A DNA stretch of 44,559 bases from Escherichia phage AAPEc6: the sequence record NC_047769.1, one strand, 5' to 3'. The stretch's first letter is position 1. Every line of letters starts with the position of its first letter. The position numbers were made by a program, and so were the translations under genes. Below, piece after piece: positions 27,705-37,839 of the stretch. The notes under the pieces were generated by a model that saw only the letters and a list, made by a program, of their open reading frames with translations, had not been told where the DNA came from and made no database searches.

Positions 27705-30652
27705 TGGCAATTGAGCGACAAGCAGTACAAGGTCTGCCACAAGTGCAGGCCACTTCTCCTAATGTCATGACCTTTGCACCTCAGCGAGTTGGAGGTGTGG
27801 AGGCTGGCGTAGCTTCTACCTCCGGTAGTCGATTTATCGAAGACCTTATTCGAGCAGCCAGTAGTGTAGCTGATGTAACCACTGGTATCCTTAATCAAAA
27901 GATTGAGGAAGATAAGGTTGTTCAAATGGAACGGGCATATAACGGATTAATGCCTTCTGAGGATGCAACTCGTGGTGGCGCTCGTGCTAACATGCTTGTC
28001 AAAGCTCAACTGCTAGCTAATGATGAAGCAGCACGAATGAAAGACATGGCTACTCGTTTCCAAGGAACGGATGACGAGTGGACACAACTTATGGTTGACT
28101 CTCGTAATGAGATGCAGAATAAGCTGTTCCAGCAATACCCTGAGTTGCAAGGTGACAAAGATACTATGCGTATGGTCACTAATGTCTTCCAAGAACAGCA
28201 GCCTCAGATTTGGGCTACACGAACCCAGCATAAACTTGACCGTGAACAAGCAGACCGTGAGGATACCTTTGACGGGCGAGTGGCTTCTACTTGGGATTCT
28301 AATATTGACCCTGAAGCCTCTGGCTATGCTTTACAGGAACGAATCCGCGAAGGTCTTACTCAAGGATTACTACCTGAACAGATGCACAAGAAGTTAGTCC
28401 AGCGAGCAATTTCACTTGCACAAGGAGGTGATGTTAGCATGGCTGAAGCCCTGAAGTATGTGAAGGACGATAAGGGTGTTTCTGTTTATGCTAAGAATCC
28501 ACAGCTTATCACAGCCATCACTAGTGGTAACGCAGTTTGGGCTAGGAATAATGTAGCTGATGTAACTCGTATGTCTTTCGAAGTTAAAGAATCCTACCTT
28601 GCAGGTGATTTAACTGATGAAGAATTGTTGGAACGAGCACAGCACATTAATAATCTGACAGGTAACTCTGTCTTCTCTAATCCAGAACTAGAGGCACTGA
28701 TGCGCCAACGGGCTAAGCAGAATGCAGAGCTAGGTGCAATGCAGGATATGCGACGTGAGCTTTACTCCGATCGCCTGACTGGCTTCCAAGGTAAGACTGA
28801 CAAAGAGAAGAAGGCTTACATTGATGTTATCAAACAGGATAGCCAACTTTATGCAGACCAGCAAATCAAACAACGTGGCTTGGACCCTTACAGTCAAGAG
28901 GCTGAAGCTATTCGTGGTGCAGTGGAAGTGCAGCGCCTGCAATTCATGAACTCCAAAGGCTTAGTGGATGATACCTTTGAGTCTCGTATCAAAGCCATGG
29001 AATCTATGCTATCGCCTGAGCACTTTGCCAAGGGCGAACCACAGGAGTTGATGACTATTCGCCAGTTGTGGGAACAGTTACCAGAAGAGAGCCGAGGTGT
29101 CTTTGGTGACACGGTGAATGGCTATATGGATAACTACAACACTGCACTACAAATGGGAGAGACACCTTTGCAGGCTGCAAGGTTTGCGCGTGAAGCACAG
29201 CAGAAATTCTCTCGTACTGAGAAGGAAACCAAGAAGTTCAACTCAGCTATTGGAGATGCACTGGATGAGGTATCTGGTGCTGGCTGGTTTGATGGTAAAA
29301 CCGAAGTGTCAGACTTAGGTAAAGCTATTGCGGAAGAAGAGTTACGAGCTAAGGCCAATATGTTGTGGTCTAGTGGTATGCGTAACATGGATTCCATCAA
29401 GAAGGCTTTAATTACTTGGGGCAATAAACGCTACACTCAATCAGAGGATGCAAAGACTTCCGGTGGCTATTTCATTAAAGGTGATTACACTTCTGCATCT
29501 GATATGCTTATGTCAGTTGGGAAAGGCGTAAACCCTACCGATGTACCTCTGGCGCTTGGTAGGTATGTAGAAACACAGATGCCAGAATTGAAGAAGGAGC
29601 TTCAAGAGTGGGAAACTAAAGATGATATATACATTGATTACAATGAACAGAAAGGAACTTTTGTGATTCGTGCTGGTGCAGCAGGTCGCCCTCTTTCTGG
29701 AGTAATCCCTGTAACCTCTTTAGATACTACTTCACTACTAGATTCTGCCTATCAGAAGAAAGTAGAGAAACGAGATAAAGGCGAGTATGTTCACCCGTAC
29801 CGTACAGATATTGGTGCACAAGAGCCTATGCCAGCTAAACCAACTGCCAAAGATATTGGTAAATTTGGACTAGCTAACTTCCTCATGTCTTCTGCTTTTG
29901 CTTCTGGTGAGAATCTGCCTTCTAACTTCGAGATTAACTATCGAGGTAATATGCAACAATTCTATGACAAGCTAGCTATGGATGAGAATAAAGATAAAGT
30001 TGGCTTTAATAGGGCAACTGGAACCTTTACTCCATATAAAGACGCTCGCGGTGAGTCTATCGGTTACGGTCATTTCTTAACGGAAGAAGAGAAGCGAAAC
30101 GGGTATATTAAGATTGGTGATGAACTAGTTCCCTATCGAGGGTCTATGTCTCAGCTTACAGAGAGCAAGGCTCGCGCTCTTATGGAGCAAGATGCTAAGA
30201 AGCATGTGCCTCCTACTCGTGACTGGAAGATTCCGTTTGACCAGATGCATCCTGCACAGCAACGTGGCTTGATGGATTTAACCTACAATTTAGGTAAAGG
30301 TGGAATCCAGAACTCACCGCGTGCTCTTGCTGCATTCAAAGCTGGTAAGCTTACGGAAGGCTTTATCGAAATGCTGGGCACTGCATCAAGTGAAGGTAAG
30401 CGTATTCCTGGCCTACTGAAGCGACGCGCTGAGGCATACAATATGGCATCTGCTGGTGGTGTGCCTAAGATTACCGAAGTGGAGACTCGTGAAGATGGCT
30501 CCATGTGGGTTAGGTTTGGTGGACCTATGCCAGCAGGTTCTGTCTCGGCATGGACTCATAAACGTATTGGCGCGGATGGTTGGTATCAGGTTTATGAGGC
30601 TGCACCTACCAAGTTAGCTAAAGGTTCTAAGGTAGGTAAAGTTAAGTTGTAG
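27704..30652 (+). CDS. Internal virion protein with T4-lysozyme-like (GH24) domain near the C-terminus
   Basis: Segment PYKDARGESIGYGHFL parallels T4 lysozyme IYKDTEGYYTIGIGHLL. Confidence 0.8.
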   Translation: MAIERQAVQGLPQVQATSPNVMTFAPQRVGGVEAGVASTSGSRFIEDLIRAASSVADVTTGILNQKIEEDKVVQMERAYNGLMPSEDATRGGARANMLVKAQLLANDEAARMKDMATRFQGTDDEWTQLMVDSRNEMQNKLFQQYPELQGDKDTMRMVTNVFQEQQPQIWATRTQHKLDREQADREDTFDGRVASTWDSNIDPEASGYALQERIREGLTQGLLPEQMHKKLVQRAISLAQGGDVSMAEALKYVKDDKGVSVYAKNPQLITAITSGNAVWARNNVADVTRMSFEVKESYLAGDLTDEELLERAQHINNLTGNSVFSNPELEALMRQRAKQNAELGAMQDMRRELYSDRLTGFQGKTDKEKKAYIDVIKQDSQLYADQQIKQRGLDPYSQEAEAIRGAVEVQRLQFMNSKGLVDDTFESRIKAMESMLSPEHFAKGEPQELMTIRQLWEQLPEESRGVFGDTVNGYMDNYNTALQMGETPLQAARFAREAQQKFSRTEKETKKFNSAIGDALDEVSGAGWFDGKTEVSDLGKAIAEEELRAKANMLWSSGMRNMDSIKKALITWGNKRYTQSEDAKTSGGYFIKGDYTSASDMLMSVGKGVNPTDVPLALGRYVETQMPELKKELQEWETKDDIYIDYNEQKGTFVIRAGAAGRPLSGVIPVTSLDTTSLLDSAYQKKVEKRDKGEYVHPYRTDIGAQEPMPAKPTAKDIGKFGLANFLMSSAFASGENLPSNFEINYRGNMQQFYDKLAMDENKDKVGFNRATGTFTPYKDARGESIGYGHFLTEEEKRNGYIKIGDELVPYRGSMSQLTESKARALMEQDAKKHVPPTRDWKIPFDQMHPAQQRGLMDLTYNLGKGGIQNSPRALAAFKAGKLTEGFIEMLGTASSEGKRIPGLLKRRAEAYNMASAGGVPKITEVETREDGSMWVRFGGPMPAGSVSAWTHKRIGADGWYQVYEAAPTKLAKGSKVGKVKL

Positions 30653-30669
30653 TACCTAACTCAAGGCTT

Positions 30670-30685
30670 GTCTCACATGTGAGAC
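30670..30685 (+). repeat. 16-bp palindrome (copy 6) with the same 24-bp context as copy 3 (ggcttGTCTCACATGTGAGACagg)
   Basis: Read directly; lies between two internal virion protein genes. Confidence 0.9.
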
Positions 30686-30716
30686 AGGTCTTTATGATAG
30701 GCACTATGGAGGAATT

Positions 30717-33700
30717 ATGGAACAAGACATTAAGACTAATTGGGCTGGATATGTCCAGTCTACTCCTGAGCCGTTTTCTATTGAGGCGGCTCCGGTATCG
30801 GCTCCTACGATACGCCAGCGTAATGAGTTACAAGAGCAAGTTCTTGAAGCTAAAGCTGACGCTGACATTTTAGGTGCTGTAGGTGCTGCCTTCCAGAATG
30901 AGTGGTTGGCATTCGGAGGCAAGCGGTGGTATGACCGTGCCACTGCTGATTTCACACCTCAACCAGACTTTGAGATACAACCTGAGCAACGTGAAGCACT
31001 ACGTTTCAAATATGGCACGGATATGATGCAGACAATCACTGAGGGTGTTCGTTCTGAGGATGAATTGAACTTCCGTATTCAGAATGCTGATGAAGACCTT
31101 GAGCGCAATAAGCGCATTGCTCAGGCTGGCTGGGTTGGCTCTGTGGCGACGATTGGCGCTGCTGTGCTTGACCCTGTGGGATGGGTTGCCTCTATTCCAA
31201 CCGGTGGTGCCGCTAAAGTTGGACTCGTAGGCCGTGCTGTGCGTGGCGCTATCGCCGCTGGCGTGAGTAATGCCGCTATTGAATCCGTATTGGTCCAAGG
31301 TGACATGACTCGTGATTTAGATGACATTATGGTAGCACTAGGTTCCGGTATGGCTATGGGTGGCATTATTGGCGCTGTAGCGCGTGGTAGGGCCACTAAG
31401 CTCAGTGAGCAAGGGGATGACAGGGCTGCGAGCATTGTGCGCAGTGCAGACGCAGGGGACCGCTATGTGCGTGCTGTTGCTGATGATAGTATCGGTGCGA
31501 TGCGTGTTAAGGGTGAAGAGGTACTCACTGAGGGTGCATTTGATATCTCTAGCAAAGGTGAAGATTTGCTGAAAACCCTACAGCGGGAAGGTAATGCAAT
31601 TGATATGACCCCTCGCCGCTGGGCCGGAACTCTGTCTGCCCTTGGTACTGTCGTACATTCCTCTCAGGATGCAAGTGTACGCGGCCTTGGTGCTCGCCTG
31701 TTTGAGTCCCCCCAAGGCTTAGGTATGCAGAAGGCATCTGCTAGTCTCATGCAGAATACTAACTTGAACCGTCTGAAATCTGCTGATATGAATCGTTTCA
31801 ACGATGGGTTCGATTTATGGCTCAAAGAGAATAATATCAACCCGGTTGCAGGTCATACTAACTCTCACTATGTGCAGCAATATAATGAGAAGGTATGGGA
31901 AGCTGTACGCATCGGTATGGATGAGTCTACGCCTAAGTCTATCCGTATGGCAGCAGAGGGGCAGCAAGCTATGTATCGTGAAGCATTAGCATTACGTCAA
32001 CGCTCTGGTGAAGCTGGGTTTGAAAAGGTTAAAGCAGATGATAAGTACATGCCTGATATTTTTGACAGTATGAAGGCTCGTCGTCAGTTCAGTATGCACG
32101 ATAAAGAGGACATCATTGAGTTATTCTCTCGTGCATACCAGAATGGTTCTCGTAAGGTTCCAAAGGAAGTGGCTGATGATATTGCACGAGCACAAGTAAA
32201 CCGCGTTGCTGATGCCACCTTGACCGGACAGCTTAGCTTTGAAAAGGCTATGTCTGGTCAAACCAAAGCAGAATATGAAGCACTCATGCGCAAAGCAGGC
32301 TTTAGTGATGAAGAGATTGAAAAGATGGTAGAAGCTCTGGATAATAAAGAAACCAGAGATAATATCTCTAACCGAGCTAAGATGAGTTTAGGCTTAGATG
32401 TTACTCAAGAGTACAATGGCATTCGTATGCGTGACTTTATGAACACTAACGTGGAAGAGTTAACAGATAACTACATGAAGGAAGCGGCAGGTGGTGCTGC
32501 CTTGGCTCGTCAAGGTTTCTCTACCTATCAGGCTGCACTTAATGCAATTGATCTTGTAGAGCGAAATGCACGAAATGCAGCTAAAGATACAAAAGCACAC
32601 GCACAATTTGAAGCGGAGTCGGCTAAGATCCGTCAATCAGAGCCTGATTACAAGAAGGCACAAGAGAAGATTGAAGAGTTAAAGAAGCGACTTAAATTGA
32701 AAGAGAAAGATGAAGCAGCAGGTCTGGCTATTGATGAAGAAATCCGTCAGATGCGAGAGGGGCTTCGCTTGATTATGGGTAAATCTATCGATTCAAACCC
32801 ACAAGATTTGTCTACTAAAATGCTGCGTCGTGGGCGTGACATTACAGGCGTACTTCGCTTAGGTCAGATGGGCTTCGCACAGCTAGGTGAACTTGCTAAC
32901 TTCATGGGTGAGTTTGGTATTGCTGCCACCACTATGGCTTTAGGTAAGCAATTCCGCTTCACCTCTAAGGCGTTGCGTAATGGCGATGGCTTCTTTCGAG
33001 ATAAGAATTTAGCTGAGGTTGAGCGAATGGTAGGTTACATTGGTGAAGACAACTGGCTAACAACTAAGGGTGCGCGTCCAGATGAGTTTGGTGATGTAAC
33101 CACAGTGCGAGGTATGATGGCCCATTTTGACCAGTCCATGAACTCTATACGACGTGCTCAGACAAACCTATCCCTCTTCCGCATGGCACAGGGTTCTCTG
33201 GAGCGAATGACCAATAGGCAAATAGCTTTGTCTTTCATTGACCACCTTGAAGGCAAGAAGATTATTCCTCAGAAGAAACTGGAGGAACTTGGTCTTACTC
33301 AGGAGTTCATGACTAATCTACAGAAGCACTATGATGCTAACTCTAAAGGTTCTGGCTTGCTTGGCTTTGATACAATGCCTTATGCCATGGGTGAAACTTT
33401 AGCTAATGCTATTCGTCGTAAGTCAGGTCTAATTATCCAACGTAACTTCATTGGTGATGAAGGTATCTGGATGAACAAAGCACTAGGTAAGACATTTGCA
33501 CAGCTTAAGTCATTCTCTCTTGTATCTGGTGAGAAGCAATTTGGTCGAGGGATTCGCCACGATAAGATTGGTCTAGCTAAGAAGACAGCCTTTGGCTTTG
33601 CTTTGGGTTCGATGGTGTATGCAGCGAAAGCCTATGTGAACTCTATTGGACGAGAAGACCAAGATGAATATCTGGAAGAGAAGTTATCGCCTAAAGGGTT

Positions 33701-34025
33701 GGCCTTTGGTGCAATGGGTATGATGAGTACAACTGCTGTATTTAGTCTAGGTGGAGATTTCTTAGGTGGCCTAGGTGTTCTACCTTCTGAGTTAGTACAA
33801 TCCCGTTATGAGGCTGGCTTTCAGACTAAGGGTTTGATAGACCAAATACCACTAGTAGGTGTTGGTCAAGATGCATATCGTTTAGCAGATTCTATAACTA
33901 AATACGCAGAGGGTGATACAGAAGGTGTAGATGTGGCACGTAGGGCTTTACGCTTAGTGCCTCTAGCTAATGTAATAGGAATCCAGAACGCATTGCGTTA
34001 TGGCTTAGATGAACTGGAGGATTAA
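30717..34025 (+). CDS. Large internal virion / ejection protein (gp16-like)
   Basis: 1102 aa; position and size. Confidence 0.75.
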   Translation: MEQDIKTNWAGYVQSTPEPFSIEAAPVSAPTIRQRNELQEQVLEAKADADILGAVGAAFQNEWLAFGGKRWYDRATADFTPQPDFEIQPEQREALRFKYGTDMMQTITEGVRSEDELNFRIQNADEDLERNKRIAQAGWVGSVATIGAAVLDPVGWVASIPTGGAAKVGLVGRAVRGAIAAGVSNAAIESVLVQGDMTRDLDDIMVALGSGMAMGGIIGAVARGRATKLSEQGDDRAASIVRSADAGDRYVRAVADDSIGAMRVKGEEVLTEGAFDISSKGEDLLKTLQREGNAIDMTPRRWAGTLSALGTVVHSSQDASVRGLGARLFESPQGLGMQKASASLMQNTNLNRLKSADMNRFNDGFDLWLKENNINPVAGHTNSHYVQQYNEKVWEAVRIGMDESTPKSIRMAAEGQQAMYREALALRQRSGEAGFEKVKADDKYMPDIFDSMKARRQFSMHDKEDIIELFSRAYQNGSRKVPKEVADDIARAQVNRVADATLTGQLSFEKAMSGQTKAEYEALMRKAGFSDEEIEKMVEALDNKETRDNISNRAKMSLGLDVTQEYNGIRMRDFMNTNVEELTDNYMKEAAGGAALARQGFSTYQAALNAIDLVERNARNAAKDTKAHAQFEAESAKIRQSEPDYKKAQEKIEELKKRLKLKEKDEAAGLAIDEEIRQMREGLRLIMGKSIDSNPQDLSTKMLRRGRDITGVLRLGQMGFAQLGELANFMGEFGIAATTMALGKQFRFTSKALRNGDGFFRDKNLAEVERMVGYIGEDNWLTTKGARPDEFGDVTTVRGMMAHFDQSMNSIRRAQTNLSLFRMAQGSLERMTNRQIALSFIDHLEGKKIIPQKKLEELGLTQEFMTNLQKHYDANSKGSGLLGFDTMPYAMGETLANAIRRKSGLIIQRNFIGDEGIWMNKALGKTFAQLKSFSLVSGEKQFGRGIRHDKIGLAKKTAFGFALGSMVYAAKAYVNSIGREDQDEYLEEKLSPKGLAFGAMGMMSTTAVFSLGGDFLGGLGVLPSELVQSRYEAGFQTKGLIDQIPLVGVGQDAYRLADSITKYAEGDTEGVDVARRALRLVPLANVIGIQNALRYGLDELED

Positions 34026-34987
34026 TGAGTTATACTTTCACAGAACATATAGCCAACGGTACGCAAGTAACCTATCCCTTTAGCTTTGCTGGTAGGGATA
34101 AAGGTTATCTTCGTGCCTCAGATGTGATAGTGGAGTCTCTTCAAGGTAACACTTGGATTGAGGTTACATCTGGCTGGCAACTAACTGGCACGCACCAGAT
34201 TACTTTTGATGTAGCACCAGTTGCAGGTTTGAAGTTCCGTATTCGAAGGGAAGTACAAAAGGAGTATCCATACGCTGAGTTTGACCGTGGTGTTACCTTG
34301 GATATGAAGTCTTTAAATGGTTCTTTCATTCATATACTGGAGATTACACAGGAGTTACTTGACGGGTTTTATCCAGAAGGATACTTCATTAAACAGAATG
34401 TAAGCTGGGGCGGCAATAAGATTACTGATTTGGCTGATGGCACAAATCCTGGAGATGCAGTAAATAAAGGGCAGCTTGATGCCATCGACAAGAAGCATAC
34501 AGATTGGAACGCCAAACAGGACATTGAGATTGCTGGCCTTAAGGCTGGTATGACTTCTGGTATTGCGCACAGAACTGTTCCTTGGTACACGATAGCCCAA
34601 GGTGGTGAGATTTCCGTAAAACCACCTTATGAATTTCAAGATGCACTAGTTTTCCTTAATGGGGTATTGCAGCACCAAATTGTAGGCGCATACTCTATAA
34701 GCAACAACACTATCACTTTCGCAGAGCCGCTTGTGGCGGGTACAGAGGTGTATGTGCTGATTGGTAGTCGTGTGGCTACATCTGAACCTAATATTCAGTT
34801 GGAGTTGAACTTTGACTTAGTAGAAGGCCAACAAGTAGTACAGATTGGCTCTGCATTTAAGTACATTGAGGTCTACCTTGATGGATTATTACAACCTAAA
34901 CTTGCTTATCAGGTAGACGGTGACATTGTTACTTTCTCAGAAAGAGTACCAGAATGCCGGATGACTGCTAAGATTATCACAGCATAA
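34025..34987 (+). CDS. Tail fiber adaptor (T7 gp17 N-terminal domain-like)
   Basis: N-terminus YTFTEHIANGTQVTYPFSFAGRDKGYLRASDVIV resembles the T7 tail fiber N-terminal anchoring domain; only 320 aa. Confidence 0.7.
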   Translation: MSYTFTEHIANGTQVTYPFSFAGRDKGYLRASDVIVESLQGNTWIEVTSGWQLTGTHQITFDVAPVAGLKFRIRREVQKEYPYAEFDRGVTLDMKSLNGSFIHILEITQELLDGFYPEGYFIKQNVSWGGNKITDLADGTNPGDAVNKGQLDAIDKKHTDWNAKQDIEIAGLKAGMTSGIAHRTVPWYTIAQGGEISVKPPYEFQDALVFLNGVLQHQIVGAYSISNNTITFAEPLVAGTEVYVLIGSRVATSEPNIQLELNFDLVEGQQVVQIGSAFKYIEVYLDGLLQPKLAYQVDGDIVTFSERVPECRMTAKIITA

Positions 34988-34996
34988 GGAGGTGGG

Positions 34997-35191
34997 ATGA
35001 TTAACTCCGAACTGGTAGATAGTGGTGTGAAGCTTGCGCCACCTGCACTCGTATCAGGTGGGTACTTCCTCGGTATCAGTTGGGATAATTGGGTGTTAAT
35101 AGCAACATTCATTTATACCGTGTTGCAAATTGGGGACTGGTTTTATAATAAGTTCAAGATTTGGAGGGAGAAGCGTGAGCGTACACAATAA
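34997..35191 (+). CDS. Class II holin (T7 gp17.5-like)
   Basis: ISWDNWVLIATFIYTVLQIG resembles T7 holin LSLNEWFYVAAIAYTVVQIG; AAGGAGG RBS. Confidence 0.75.
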   Translation: MINSELVDSGVKLAPPALVSGGYFLGISWDNWVLIATFIYTVLQIGDWFYNKFKIWREKRERTQ

Positions 35192-35474
35192 ACATGCAGC
35201 TACAGAGGACGAGGTTGGCATTCTGCATGGTGCTATTACCAAAATCTTCAATAAGAAAGCACAGGCAATACTGGACACTATAGAAGAAGACCCTGATGCA
35301 GCATTACATTTAGTGTCTGGTAAGGATATTGGTGCGATGTGTAAGTGGGTTCTTGATAACGGCATTACCGCCACACCTGCTGCACAGCAGGAAGAGTCCA
35401 AGTTATCTAAGCGCCTCAAGGCTATCCGAGAGGCATCCAGTGGTAAAATAATTCAATTTACAAAAGAGGAGTAA
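35175..35474 (+). CDS. Candidate terminase small subunit (GTG start)
   Basis: No in-frame ATG near the 5' end; GTG at 35175 after GGAGGGAG; position between holin and large terminase. Confidence 0.45.
   Translation: MSVHNKHAATEDEVGILHGAITKIFNKKAQAILDTIEEDPDAALHLVSGKDIGAMCKWVLDNGITATPAAQQEESKLSKRLKAIREASSGKIIQFTKEE
35268..35288 (+). promoter_or_regulatory. Promoter-like sequence (ATACTGGACACTATAGAAGAA) inside the small-terminase ORF
   Basis: Core matches the consensus; the upstream ATTT is degenerate. Confidence 0.4.
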
Positions 35475-35475
35475 T

Positions 35476-35919
35476 ATGCATAGATGGTGTGAATCTCAAG
35501 GTTATACCATCTTACCTTCTGGTGTCATCCTTTCAAAGGGTGGCACCCCTCTCAAGCCTTTCAAGGTGGGTAGGGGTTATTTAGCAGTTAAAATTAAAAA
35601 TAAAGAAGGTAAATGGCGTAATGTCTATGTTCATCACTTAGTGGCTTATAAGTATTTACCTAAAACCGATAATGAAGTAAACCACAAAGACGGCAATAAG
35701 CACAACAATGATGTTAGCAACTTGGAGTGGGTGACAAGAAGCGAGAATAACTACTTAAAATGCAATGGAAATGATAGGAGTGCCTTAAATAATTACTTAG
35801 CAAGATTAAAAGATTGCTTCTTGCAGGGTAAGGGTGTAGCAGAAACCGCTAGGCTTACTGGTAAAAGTGAACCAAGGGTTTCTTCTCTCTTTAAGGAGTG
35901 GCGAAATGGCAAAGGCTAG
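35476..35919 (+). CDS. HNH homing endonuclease
   Basis: Motif VNHKDGNKHNNDVSNLEWVTRSENN; A-rich codon usage; GAGGAG RBS. Confidence 0.85.
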   Translation: MHRWCESQGYTILPSGVILSKGGTPLKPFKVGRGYLAVKIKNKEGKWRNVYVHHLVAYKYLPKTDNEVNHKDGNKHNNDVSNLEWVTRSENNYLKCNGNDRSALNNYLARLKDCFLQGKGVAETARLTGKSEPRVSSLFKEWRNGKG

Positions 35920-37804
35920 AGAATCACAGGCAGAGGCATTAAAGCGGTGGGAAAACCTTAAAGAACTACAAGACACTTTTAAGTATACAGCGGAAGGTTT
36001 GCTTCTCTTTGCAGATACAGTTATTCATAACTTAATTGCAGGCAACCCTCATCTGATTCGTATGCAGGCGGATATCTTGAAGTTCCTATTTTACGGACAC
36101 AAGTACCGCCTCATCGAAGCGCCTCGTGGTATCGCTAAGACAACACTATCAGCAATCTATACGGTATTCCGTATTATTCATGAACCGCATAAGCGTATCA
36201 TGGTTGTGTCCCAAAACGCCAAGCGAGCAGAGGAAATCGCAGGTTGGGTAGTTAAAATCTTCCGTGGCTTAGACTTTCTTGAGTTTATGCTGCCGGATAT
36301 CTACGCTGGGGACCGTGCATCCGTTAAGGCGTTTGAGATTCATTACACCCTACGTGGTAGTGATAAGTCTCCTTCTGTATCCTGTTACTCAATCGAAGCA
36401 GGTATGCAGGGCGCTCGTGCTGATATTATTCTAGCGGATGACGTAGAGTCGATGCAGAATGCTCGTACGGCAGCGGGCCGTGCCTTGCTTGAGGAGCTGA
36501 CTAAGGAGTTTGAATCTATCAACCAGTTTGGGGATATCATTTACCTTGGTACACCTCAGAACGTAAACTCTATCTACAACAACCTACCTGCTCGTGGTTA
36601 CTCTGTTCGTATCTGGACTGCGCGTTACCCTTCAGTAGAGCAAGAGCAATGTTATGGCGACTTCCTTGCACCTATGATTGTTCAAGATATGAAGGACAAC
36701 CCAGCACTTCGCTCAGGGTACGGGTTGGATGGTAATAGTGGTGCACCTTGTGCCCCTGAAATGTATGATGATGAAGTCCTGATTGAGAAGGAAATCTCTC
36801 AGGGTGCTGCTAAGTTCCAGCTTCAGTTCATGCTTAACACTCGCATGATGGATGCTGACAGATACCCATTACGCCTGAACAATCTAATCTTCACCTCGTT
36901 TGGTACAGAGGAAGTCCCTGTGATGCCTACGTGGAGTAATGATTCCATAAACATCATTGGTGATGCACCTAAGTATGGTAACAAGCCTACGGATTTCATG
37001 TACAGACCTGTAGCTCGCCCATATGAATGGGGTGCTGTCTCCCGCAAGATTATGTATATTGACCCTGCGGGTGGTGGTAAGAATGGAGATGAGACGGGTG
37101 TAGCCATCGTATTCCTGCACGGCACATTCATTTATGTGTATCAGTGCTTTGGTGTACCTGGCGGATACCGAGAGTCGTCCCTGAATCGCATTGTGCAGGC
37201 CGCAAAGCAGGCGGGTGTTAAAGAGGTATTCATTGAGAAGAACTTTGGTCATGGCGCGTTTGAGGCGGTAATTAAGCCGTACTTTGAACGAGAGTGGCCT
37301 GTAACTCTGGAAGAGGATTACGCCACCGGACAGAAAGAGTTGCGTATCATTGAGACGCTGGAGCCGCTCATGGCAGCCCATAGGCTTATCTTCAATGCAG
37401 AGATGGTGAAGTCAGACTTTGAGTCGGTACAGCACTATCCGCTTGAACTACGCATGTCCTACAGTCTTTTCAATCAAATGTCGAACATAACGATTGAGAA
37501 GAACAGCCTCCGGCATGATGACCGCCTAGACGCCCTGTATGGCGCTATACGGCAATTAACTTCTCAGATAGACTATGACGAGGTTACACGGATTAATCGC
37601 CTCAGAGCGCAGGAGATGCGCGATTACATCCATGCTATGAACACACCTCATCTACGCAGGGCAATGCTATATGGAGATTACGGTACTGAGCGAAGAGTGA
37701 CCAACACTTCCGTAGCGATGCAGCAGCGAGTTTACGGGCAGAACTACCGAAATAAATCGGCAAGCAGAAATACACTTTCTGCAAGGATTTCAAGGACTTA
37801 TTAA
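35906..37804 (+). CDS. Terminase large subunit (gp19-like)
   Basis: ATPase and nuclease segments (APRGIAKTT, ADIILADDVE, IYLGTPQN); ATG at 35906 after AAGGAG (ORF track 35867). Confidence 0.93.
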   Translation: MAKARESQAEALKRWENLKELQDTFKYTAEGLLLFADTVIHNLIAGNPHLIRMQADILKFLFYGHKYRLIEAPRGIAKTTLSAIYTVFRIIHEPHKRIMVVSQNAKRAEEIAGWVVKIFRGLDFLEFMLPDIYAGDRASVKAFEIHYTLRGSDKSPSVSCYSIEAGMQGARADIILADDVESMQNARTAAGRALLEELTKEFESINQFGDIIYLGTPQNVNSIYNNLPARGYSVRIWTARYPSVEQEQCYGDFLAPMIVQDMKDNPALRSGYGLDGNSGAPCAPEMYDDEVLIEKEISQGAAKFQLQFMLNTRMMDADRYPLRLNNLIFTSFGTEEVPVMPTWSNDSINIIGDAPKYGNKPTDFMYRPVARPYEWGAVSRKIMYIDPAGGGKNGDETGVAIVFLHGTFIYVYQCFGVPGGYRESSLNRIVQAAKQAGVKEVFIEKNFGHGAFEAVIKPYFEREWPVTLEEDYATGQKELRIIETLEPLMAAHRLIFNAEMVKSDFESVQHYPLELRMSYSLFNQMSNITIEKNSLRHDDRLDALYGAIRQLTSQIDYDEVTRINRLRAQEMRDYIHAMNTPHLRRAMLYGDYGTERRVTNTSVAMQQRVYGQNYRNKSASRNTLSARISRTY

Positions 37805-37826
37805 TTACTGGACACTATAGAAGGAA
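37803..37826 (+). promoter_or_regulatory. Phage promoter (AATTACTGGACACTATAGAAGGAA)
   Basis: Near-consensus; overlaps the terminase stop codon. Confidence 0.75.
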
Positions 37827-37839
37827 GGCCCAGATAATA

